A stretch of DNA of 64,000 nt from a virus: positions 1-64,000 of IMG/VR virus record IMGVR_UViG_3300026097_001455; one strand, given 5' to 3'. The notes beneath the pieces were generated by a model. It was not told the DNA's origin and did not search any database. It worked only from the letters and a program-made list of their open reading frames with translations. Positions 35,269 through 43,206 of this stretch are shown here, one piece after another (within the stretch, counting starts at the first letter, position 1; each line of letters begins with the position of its first letter). The translations under genes were made by a program, and so were the position numbers.

Positions 35269-35294
35269 AATATTATATATAGACTTTAGTCTTA

Positions 35295-35897
35295 TTACTT
35301 ATTGTTTGAATTAAGCTTTTCTAATTCAGCTTGAAGTGCTTTCTTCTCGTTTTCAAGAACTACTTTTTTCTTAAACTTAAGAGCTTCTTCTCTTACAATG
35401 CTTCTAAACTCGTCAATGCTAATTTGCTTTCCTTCGTTTTTTCCACCTGTCCAACCCTTACGTCCTGAACCTGCTCCAGATGCAACGTCTGTAAAACTTG
35501 CTCCACCCTTCTGTGCTTGTTTCTTAAATGTATTTAAGTCCATAGGCTCAGCAACAACGTTTAAATCCTTGTAAAGAAGGTGAACATCGTTTTTATCTTT
35601 GATTCCATATTGCTTAGCAATCTTTCCAACTTGCTGTCTTGCAAGTTTCTTTAACTGGTCTGTAGCCTCAGAGTATGCTTCTACATTGTAGCTTTTATAA
35701 GCTTGCTGCATTTTGTCATACAAATCTTTGTTATTAGCAATAAATGCATTCTTTGCCTTTTTGAATTTATTTCCAAAGAGTTCGTCTAACTGCTCTCCTT
35801 CTTCGTAAGATTCTTCAATATTTTTGGCCATTAATTTCTCAGCTTCTTCCTTAACAAGGTTTCTGAATTCTTCAATAGTGATTTCTTTTTTTGCCAT
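35295..35897 (-). CDS. hypothetical protein with shared helix at both termini
   Basis: ITIEEFRNLVKEEA and ISIDEFRSIVREEA; ATATTTATT at 35938-35946; alternative start at 35933. Confidence 0.75.
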   Translation of the reverse strand: MAKKEITIEEFRNLVKEEAEKLMAKNIEESYEEGEQLDELFGNKFKKAKNAFIANNKDLYDKMQQAYKSYNVEAYSEATDQLKKLARQQVGKIAKQYGIKDKNDVHLLYKDLNVVAEPMDLNTFKKQAQKGGASFTDVASGAGSGRKGWTGGKNEGKQISIDEFRSIVREEALKFKKKVVLENEKKALQAELEKLNSNNK

Positions 35898-36042
35898 AGC
35901 GGTATTTTGTTTCAATAATTTCTTAACAATCATTTCCAATAAATATGCTGAAAAAAACAAAATACAATTACTATTTATAGTTAATGTTGTAACATTTTTC
36001 TAAATATGTCGTATAACAAGAAAAACCAACAAGATTAAAATT

Positions 36043-36465
36043 ATGAAAGCTATTGTTTTAAAATTTGCAGATTTAACTCCAGAACTAGAGAGTAAGATTG
36101 ATAGGTTTATGTACGTAGAGATGCAAAAGCTTTTTTCTGAAGAAGAACAAGAGGAGATCATGATTATGGATGAAGATGAAGCTACCTTAGTGGCTTTCGT
36201 TGACGAAAATCAGCATAATAAACTTAATCAATTGGTGGGCGGCATTAAGCTTTTAGACAACTCTGCTATTGCAAAGTATGAGGATGTTACGGATAATTTC
36301 TTGTACAATAATGACTTTTCTGATTATACTAAGAAATCAGACAAAATTGATTCATTTATTAAAAGTCATCTTGATGTAGATGCTGTTCTTGATAAAATCT
36401 CAAATATTGGTATTGATAGATTGATTGATGCTGATCGAGAAATCCTTGAAGCTGCTAGTCACTAA
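36043..36465 (+). CDS. hypothetical protein with C-terminal DUF6576-like motif
   Basis: LDVDAVLDKISNIGIDRLIDADREIL. Confidence 0.7.
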   Translation: MKAIVLKFADLTPELESKIDRFMYVEMQKLFSEEEQEEIMIMDEDEATLVAFVDENQHNKLNQLVGGIKLLDNSAIAKYEDVTDNFLYNNDFSDYTKKSDKIDSFIKSHLDVDAVLDKISNIGIDRLIDADREILEAASH

Positions 36466-38398
36466 GAAGTTTAGCAATGAGTTGAGTCATAATACTTTCG
36501 TTAGACACACGAACCTTCTTGTTGTAATCCTTGTTGTCAAGAACTTTACTAACAACCTGGCCTTTGCCCTCAAGTAACTCTACAATATCTTCATCAATTG
36601 TGTCAACCACAACATATCTGATTATATGAATATTATCATGCTGAGTTGTTGCTCTATGTATTCTATCCTCCGCCTGTTCCATATCAGCAGGAGTCCATGC
36701 GTAGCCTAAGAATATTAGAGTAGCAGCCTCAGTTAAAGTAATACCAACTCCAGATGCACCTATCATACCAGCAAATACATTAATTTTCTTGTCCTCCTGG
36801 AATCTATCAACAGATACTTGCTTTTCCTCTTGGTTCATACTTCCAGTGTGAATAACTGAATTACCTGCGAACTTCTCATGAAGCTCTTCTGCTAGAAATT
36901 GATAGTCTGACATAACAACAAGCTTTTCATTATTTCCAGTCAACTCCTCAACTACGTCATCACTAATCATCCTCTTAAGCTTAACACCTCCAGTAAACTG
37001 CTTTAGCTTGTGGACTTTTTCTAAAAAGGATTCTTCCTTTTCTTCCTCAGTTCCATCTTCAGCAACCACTTTCTTCATTTCTTTGACAAGTTTATTATAC
37101 TCACGCCTTTCTGCGGGTGTAAGCTCTATTTGAATATCTGTGTAAGTCTTCTCTGGCAGCTGATCAAGAACATCTTTCTTAAGCCTTCTAAGGAAGAAAG
37201 GGGATATTCTGGAGAATAGCTCCTCAAGATTTGATGCTCCATCATAATCCCAGCCAAATCTATCTTCAAATGCAGCACAGTATCTAATTCCATAATCATG
37301 ATAACTATTCCACATGTCTGGATATAAGAAGTTAAGTCCAGAAAATAATTCTTTAGGCCTACTCTTAATGGCGGTACCTGATATAAGTATCTTTTTTTCT
37401 ATAGTATCTCTGAAAGCTTTCTTTATAATTTGTGTCCAATCTGTTTTTGGGTCCTTAATCCTGTGAAACTCATCAATCACTATAAGATCATATTCTTCAG
37501 GGTCAATATACGCATCGCCCTTATCTCTAAAATACGCAAGTCCATTGACCCTTGTTTTAAAACTGTTCGTGTTTTTGCAGTCTTCACATTTCTTGTGCTT
37601 TTTCTTAAGATCAATGATCTCACAGCCGCACTGCTGAGAACCCTTTCCAGGAACTATTATTCTACCCTTACACTTATGCTTATATTCAAGTTTAATGTAA
37701 GTCTGAATTGACTCGTAGTTAATTATATGGAATAGAGAATCTTCTTTTGCATAGTTGATCTTGCCGCTCTTCTTAGTTGGGGCATATTTGTATACATGAG
37801 CTCTCTCGTTAGAAAACTTAAGTATTTCTTTCCTCCAGTTAAGCTTGAGAGATGCTGGACATACCACAAGAGTCTTAAGACCATGCTTGGCAGCATAAGC
37901 AATAGCTGGGAGTGTCTTACCAACACCTGGCTGATCTCCAAGTATGGCTTTACCATTATTGATTTCGAAAAACTTAACAGCTTGCTTCTGGTAGTCGTAA
38001 GGCTGAATTTTCATAAAACTGAAATCCATATCATCAAAACTAAGGTCAGCCTGCTTTACTTTAAGCGCTTCCTTAATTCTCTTTTGCCTGATTCTATATT
38101 CATTTCTTAGGTGATTCAATTCTTCTGGCAGAAGATTCTCAAACGCAAAAGGAATTGCGTTATCAACCATAAAGGAGATAATGTTTCCCACTTGGACTTC
38201 ACGAATAATTCTAACCCAATCATCCTTTGTCCCCTCTGGAGTCATGATATTATCTACACGAACTGACCTATGTTCCTTAGGTAGCTTCTTTATAAAGTTT
38301 GTAAGCACTGGTAAGTAATCGTACCTAAGTTCGTAATTAGTCCTGAGTTTCTTGATCTTAACCTCAGGGGTCTTTTTATTTTTGCTTTTCTTTGCCAC
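36455..38398 (-). CDS. SNF2-family (HARP/SMARCAL1-like) helicase with Cys-rich insertion
   Basis: DQPGVGKT, VCPASLKLNW, DEFH, SGT, GVGITLT, QAEDRIHR. Confidence 0.92.
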   Translation of the reverse strand: MAKKSKNKKTPEVKIKKLRTNYELRYDYLPVLTNFIKKLPKEHRSVRVDNIMTPEGTKDDWVRIIREVQVGNIISFMVDNAIPFAFENLLPEELNHLRNEYRIRQKRIKEALKVKQADLSFDDMDFSFMKIQPYDYQKQAVKFFEINNGKAILGDQPGVGKTLPAIAYAAKHGLKTLVVCPASLKLNWRKEILKFSNERAHVYKYAPTKKSGKINYAKEDSLFHIINYESIQTYIKLEYKHKCKGRIIVPGKGSQQCGCEIIDLKKKHKKCEDCKNTNSFKTRVNGLAYFRDKGDAYIDPEEYDLIVIDEFHRIKDPKTDWTQIIKKAFRDTIEKKILISGTAIKSRPKELFSGLNFLYPDMWNSYHDYGIRYCAAFEDRFGWDYDGASNLEELFSRISPFFLRRLKKDVLDQLPEKTYTDIQIELTPAERREYNKLVKEMKKVVAEDGTEEEKEESFLEKVHKLKQFTGGVKLKRMISDDVVEELTGNNEKLVVMSDYQFLAEELHEKFAGNSVIHTGSMNQEEKQVSVDRFQEDKKINVFAGMIGASGVGITLTEAATLIFLGYAWTPADMEQAEDRIHRATTQHDNIHIIRYVVVDTIDEDIVELLEGKGQVVSKVLDNKDYNKKVRVSNESIMTQLIAKLLSD

Positions 38399-38435
38399 TA
38401 TTAAATATAATAATATGAACCCTAAGTATCAAGAG

Positions 38436-38843
38436 CTAAGAAGCATTTGCTGCGTTCTTCTTTTTCTTTGACTTTCTAAGGTTTTCAGTTCGTTTTATAT
38501 AGCTCTCTTCTTTTTCAACACTAATCTTCTTATCAACAATAGCTTTCTCCAGAGTGTTGTTAGGAATTTCCTCTCCCTTGTACTCTATAATCTTATCTGG
38601 CTTCTTTTTTGTTTTAGCGTTAGCTCTTTCAAAATATCCACTTCTAATCTGTATTTGATTCCTGATAATGTCAGCCATAAGCTTAATGTCCTGCATGGAC
38701 TGTCTAACATCTACTCCAGCAGTTTTATTGTCTCTCAATACCTGCTCAGTCCTCTTTTTAAGGTCTTCAGCAGTTTCAATCAACTTGTAAAGAACATCTA
38801 GCTCATTACATTCTCTAAAATTTTCCAACTCATTAAGCTCCAT
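38436..38843 (-). CDS. Hc1-like (histone H1-like) protein
   Basis: DNKTAGVDVRQSMQDIK resembles the GNKAAGxRxRK helix; basic tail. Confidence 0.55.
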   Translation of the reverse strand: MELNELENFRECNELDVLYKLIETAEDLKKRTEQVLRDNKTAGVDVRQSMQDIKLMADIIRNQIQIRSGYFERANAKTKKKPDKIIEYKGEEIPNNTLEKAIVDKKISVEKEESYIKRTENLRKSKKKKNAANAS

Positions 38844-39237
38844 CTTTATTGATATTTTCCTTGACCTTTTCTTCTAAGGCACTCTGGTCAACTATACCTT
38901 GTTTTGCAAGTTCTTTGTCTTGCTCTCTTTTCTTGATAACGTCCGAAACCGTGCACCCCTTCTTGGCTGATTCATAAAGATCAATCGCAAATCTATCATC
39001 TGTGTAAATGTCGTGATCTACTCTAACAAAAGCTCTGCCTCCCATTTTAACTTTAGGAGAATCTTTCTCTTCATCATCAGCATAGTCAAGCCAGAAAAAA
39101 CCAACCATATCCTCCTCGTTCTCCAATCTCATAACGACCTCCTCCCTTGGATTAAATGGTTCAATTCCTTTTTCCTCGATTTCCTTTATACTTGAATCAA
39201 CATATTCCAGGACTTCTTCTTTACTGTAGTACGCCAT
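38833..39237 (-). CDS. hypothetical protein
   Basis: Coupled ORF. Confidence 0.7.
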   Translation of the reverse strand: MAYYSKEEVLEYVDSSIKEIEEKGIEPFNPREEVVMRLENEEDMVGFFWLDYADDEEKDSPKVKMGGRAFVRVDHDIYTDDRFAIDLYESAKKGCTVSDVIKKREQDKELAKQGIVDQSALEEKVKENINKDGA

Positions 39238-39242
39238 TTCTA

Positions 39243-40499
39243 TTATAATTTAATGTATTCTTGAATCTTGCCTGCAGTCTTCTTACCAACACCCTTTAAT
39301 GTTGTTAGGTCATTATCCTCAAGGAACTTTTTAAGCTGACCATAGTTGGCAATATCGTTATTGTTTAGGGTTTTAATGATTCTTTTATCATCAATAAATC
39401 TTTCAAGTTTACTGTTAGCTCTAAACTTCTTTTTCTTTGGAGCCTTCTTTGTAGGTTTTAGCTCTGGAGCATTGATTCCATTGATTGTCATCAGGTAGTA
39501 GCTCAAGTTCATTCCCACAAGGTCAAGAACTTTTACAATATCTAACAATTCAAAGAATGATGAATCAAACTTAAAGCTCTCTATTTCAAATTCAAATTTA
39601 TTGATCTGAGCTGAGCAGTTTTTTACATTCAAGTCAATATCAAACTCAAGAGAAAAATCACCATCTAACAATCGACCTCCAAGACTTCTATTTCTTCCAA
39701 TTTTATTAAAAGTGAAATTATAGACATCATCTTTTCTGTGTCTATAGTTAATATTTTTCTTAGCAGGCTCAAGTCTTGATATTCCTTCTTTTAATTTGCC
39801 CATAAAAAATCTAAGCTCTTCTATCTTAGAAGGTGTAAGTCTGCTATTTTCATCTTTTGATGCTTTCTTAAGATTAGATTTACCAAGTTTTGCATCTAAA
39901 GAGAACGGTAGGTTCCCAATAGTTGCAGAAAGAGACTTGTCAACAAGCTCTCTATCATTACCTTCCTTCATGTTTTTAAGAGCTTCAAGCTTTCTTAAAG
40001 TTGATTCTGACATATCTTCCGAAGCTTTTGCAAAAGGCATTGCTCCACGGAGTGCATCAAAATCCTTAACAGACTCTAAAAGCTCTTCTTTAGACTTCCC
40101 TTTCTTCTCTCTTTCAACCCCTGCGTGCGGAGTTTCTTTCGGCTTTTTACCAGTAGCAAGAGATTTCATTTTATCTACATCAAATACAAATCCTTTGTAA
40201 GTATACCTTCCATCTTCCAATTCATCTACATCTTCAATAGGAGCGTCCATAGCTTCTCTGATCTTTTCTTCTAACATGCTCTTAGGAGCTTCGCTATCAT
40301 CACCACTATTGTCAGACTCATCTGATGTTTCAAAAATTTCCTTCTGGAGCTCAAGAAGTATTTCTTCCTTAAGACTTTCAATATCTTCTTTTGGAGTTGT
40401 CTTATACAGTTCATCAAGAACTGAATTTCTTAAATCTTTTTCAAAAGACTTAAGTGCATCTTTTTTAATTCTTTTAGCAATCTTTTTACTGAATCCCAT
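39243..40499 (-). CDS. hypothetical protein with C-terminal HhH / RNAP alpha-CTD-like domain
   Basis: DKRIIKTLNNNDIANYGQL...DLTTLKGVGKKTAGKIQEYI. Confidence 0.7.
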   Translation of the reverse strand: MGFSKKIAKRIKKDALKSFEKDLRNSVLDELYKTTPKEDIESLKEEILLELQKEIFETSDESDNSGDDSEAPKSMLEEKIREAMDAPIEDVDELEDGRYTYKGFVFDVDKMKSLATGKKPKETPHAGVEREKKGKSKEELLESVKDFDALRGAMPFAKASEDMSESTLRKLEALKNMKEGNDRELVDKSLSATIGNLPFSLDAKLGKSNLKKASKDENSRLTPSKIEELRFFMGKLKEGISRLEPAKKNINYRHRKDDVYNFTFNKIGRNRSLGGRLLDGDFSLEFDIDLNVKNCSAQINKFEFEIESFKFDSSFFELLDIVKVLDLVGMNLSYYLMTINGINAPELKPTKKAPKKKKFRANSKLERFIDDKRIIKTLNNNDIANYGQLKKFLEDNDLTTLKGVGKKTAGKIQEYIKL

Positions 40500-40507
40500 A
40501 ATTCCTA

Positions 40508-41413
40508 TTATTTTTTGTGTTCAAGTAACAGCTGTCTGTCTTGGTTTTTATCATTATTACACAACGGATGCTTTCCTCCCTTGAACTTGCAGAACATGCA
40601 TCCGAGAAACTCGTTTCCCGTGTGTTTTATTTTAGGAAATCTTTTGATTAGATGGATACTTTGTATAGTATCTGCCAACTTTTCAAGCGATTCCATTATT
40701 TCCTCTTTACTGGAGTTTATCTCCACATTCTGAACGCCTCCACATCCAGACTCTGGCTTTTTCTTATTTTTAAGCCTGTTTAACACGATGTACTCACAAT
40801 CTATATTATCAAGATCAACATCGTTCTTTCTAGCCCAGAAGTACTTATAGAATCTCATCTGGCACAAGAATATATCATCCTCAAGTTTTTTCTTTAAGTT
40901 CCACTTCTGGCTTGATGTCTTCCAGTCTATTATGACATATCTACCAGTTTCTCTATCCTGAACCACCAGATCAATAAATCCTTTAAAATAGAACTCACCG
41001 TATATGTGTTCAAATATTGGCTCCTCAACAGATACGATCTTATACTTTCTGACTATATCTTCAACTGAAAGAATTCTAAGCAATTCTTCGCCTTGATTCA
41101 AGTAATTTTTTAATTCTTCCTCAAACCCTGGCTCACCCTTCATATTATCAAGCATGTCCTTAGCAAAAGTTCTCTTAAAATAATCTATCCTCCTCTTCAG
41201 GCCCATAGTGTCTTTGAGCGTCTTTTCAAGCGACTCGTGAATAGCATTACCAAAAAATAGATGGACTGTCATTACAGAATCCGTAAGCTTAAGGTGTTTT
41301 TCAACCAAATGCCTATGTCCGCATTGATTAAATAAACTGAACTCACTGAAGCTAATATGTATTTTATTAGCATATTTATCATTGAGCGCTATGTAGTTTG
41401 AGTCCTTGTCCAT
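40508..41413 (-). CDS. PD-(D/E)XK Cas4/RecB-like exonuclease with 4-Cys staple
   Basis: ISFSEFSLFNQC, GNAIH, KGFIDLV, IIDWKT, QMRFY, CMFCKF..C; CTATTTAGT at 41431-41439. Confidence 0.88.
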   Translation of the reverse strand: MDKDSNYIALNDKYANKIHISFSEFSLFNQCGHRHLVEKHLKLTDSVMTVHLFFGNAIHESLEKTLKDTMGLKRRIDYFKRTFAKDMLDNMKGEPGFEEELKNYLNQGEELLRILSVEDIVRKYKIVSVEEPIFEHIYGEFYFKGFIDLVVQDRETGRYVIIDWKTSSQKWNLKKKLEDDIFLCQMRFYKYFWARKNDVDLDNIDCEYIVLNRLKNKKKPESGCGGVQNVEINSSKEEIMESLEKLADTIQSIHLIKRFPKIKHTGNEFLGCMFCKFKGGKHPLCNNDKNQDRQLLLEHKK

Positions 41414-41487
41414 TTTTTAGATGGGGTTTTACTAAATAGAAGCAAAAAACATCTAAAAATCAAAAATTTAGAAGATTTTATACAAGA

Positions 41488-42204
41488 ATGAACCAGATCA
41501 GTGAGGCACATATTAGAAAAATAATAAGAGATGTCATATCAGAATCTCTAATTACAGAAATTTCTGCTGAAGAAAAATCTAAGGTAATGGGAAAGAGTAA
41601 CGAAAGAGTTCCTTTCTCAACCGAACTGATGAAACAAGCTATTCAACAAGGTCGTGAAGTAGGGATTAACTTCCAATCTAACAACACCAAGTATAAAATG
41701 CCTACTGTTAAGGCTAGGATAATTCACCCAGTAGCTATGGGGTATGACAGCAAAGGAAATCTTGTTATAAGAGGTCTTCATGTAACTGGTCAATCAGAAA
41801 AGGCTGCAAGAGAAACTGGAATTAGGAGTGCTGAGGTTGAAGCTGAAAAGGATGGAATGAACGCTTGGAGGCTTTTTAGGTCAGATAATTTAAGGTCAAT
41901 GTGGTTTACCGATAGGTTCTTTAGTGATAGCATACCAGGATACAATCCAAATGATAGCGCTATGTCTTCAGTAATAGCTTCATACGACCCAGGGGCAGCT
42001 AAGAAATACCAAGACAATCTTGTTACAGGGGAGCCAGAACAACAGCAGCCAGAGCAGCCCCAACAAACACAAGCACAAGCACAACAACAACAACAGTCAG
42101 AGCCTGAAATGCAAAAAAGGCCCCCAGTAACTAAGGACCTTGATCAAATGGATTATGAAGATCAGCCAGTTCAAGAAAAGAAGGTTAGAAGCCTATTTAA
42201 GTAG
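41488..42204 (+). CDS. WYL-like domain protein with shared N-terminal helix and Gln-rich tail
   Basis: RIIHPVAMG..GNLVIRG...AWRLFRSDNL..PGYNPND; leader ISEAHIRKIIRDVISE. Confidence 0.65.
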   Translation: MNQISEAHIRKIIRDVISESLITEISAEEKSKVMGKSNERVPFSTELMKQAIQQGREVGINFQSNNTKYKMPTVKARIIHPVAMGYDSKGNLVIRGLHVTGQSEKAARETGIRSAEVEAEKDGMNAWRLFRSDNLRSMWFTDRFFSDSIPGYNPNDSAMSSVIASYDPGAAKKYQDNLVTGEPEQQQPEQPQQTQAQAQQQQQSEPEMQKRPPVTKDLDQMDYEDQPVQEKKVRSLFK

Positions 42205-42268
42205 TTGCCACATTAAAACGTGGCATAACAGCCGATAAAATTGCATTGAAACGCATTTTATCTTGGTG

Positions 42269-42487
42269 TTAGGCGTAATTTATAGCCTTCTTCAACTGTC
42301 TTAATACCCTTTTGCAATGTTTTTTATCTTCACCTTCGTTATTCCACACAAGAAACTCATAAGTGCTTATCATCCCCTCAATATCTTCATCTCTTAGGAT
42401 AACTTTTGTGTGAGAAAAACTACGCCTAACAACAGGTATAGTTAATTCCTGTTCTGTGCTTGTTTCTAAGTTCTGTTCTTTTTTCAT
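42269..42487 (-). CDS. hypothetical protein
   Basis: Short ORF. Confidence 0.55.
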   Translation of the reverse strand: MKKEQNLETSTEQELTIPVVRRSFSHTKVILRDEDIEGMISTYEFLVWNNEGEDKKHCKRVLRQLKKAINYA

Positions 42488-42546
42488 CGTTATATCTATT
42501 TTGAAAGTTTTGTAATTCTATTCAGGCACTAACCATACCCAAAACG

Positions 42547-43206
42547 TTATACATCATTTTTTGGAGCATAATACTTCCCACGAATTTTAACACCCTCTTT
42601 TATGAAGCCATCTTTGGATTTATAGTTTTGTTTTGATAGGAGAACCATGCCTTTGGTTTTTATCTCTATTTCTTCTAGCTTTTTATTTGACTCCTTAAGT
42701 ATTTTATCCGCCTTTTCCTTGAGGCTATGTAAACTAATAGATGTGTGAGATTTTCTTTTCCATTCTTCAACTAATATTTCATCACCTAGTATAAAAAGAT
42801 GGAATAGATTAATTCCTCTACTTATTCTAAACACCGTCTTATCATTGTAGATGCCCTCATGTCTTATCCCCTTCTCATCTGGATTTTCCCAGTCTACCAT
42901 GAATCTTGATTCGATAGCTTCTTTAATATCTTCTTTTCTTTCCTCTTTTTTCTGATCAGACTCAAGCCTTCTGAGTTTGGACTTAATTCTATTCTGTGCC
43001 TCCTGCTTAAGTTTTTCTTGCTTAAGCTTAGCCTCTCTTTCGCCTTGCCTCTCATTCTTTTGCTTAGACTCCTTGATGGCTTTCATGGCCTCTCTAGCCA
43101 GTTCATCAATAGACTTTTCTGGCTGCTCTGAATCCCTGATCTCTCTAGCTAGATCATCAATGGTCTTTTGAGACTCTGAATCTTTTTTATTTCCTTCCTC
43201 TGCCAT
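42547..43206 (-). CDS. hypothetical coiled-coil protein
   Basis: Coupled to the nuclease-ATPase gene; internal repeat TIDDLARE/SIDELARE. Confidence 0.7.
   Translation of the reverse strand: MAEEGNKKDSESQKTIDDLAREIRDSEQPEKSIDELAREAMKAIKESKQKNERQGEREAKLKQEKLKQEAQNRIKSKLRRLESDQKKEERKEDIKEAIESRFMVDWENPDEKGIRHEGIYNDKTVFRISRGINLFHLFILGDEILVEEWKRKSHTSISLHSLKEKADKILKESNKKLEEIEIKTKGMVLLSKQNYKSKDGFIKEGVKIRGKYYAPKNDV

Noticed and set aside
37490-37695. Intein in the SNF2 helicase
   Set aside because: Too short and lacks the N-terminal C/S block and the C-terminal HN-[CST] motif.
40508-41413. CRISPR-associated Cas4
   Set aside because: No cas1/cas2 or array; solo Cas4-like nucleases are common in phage replication modules.
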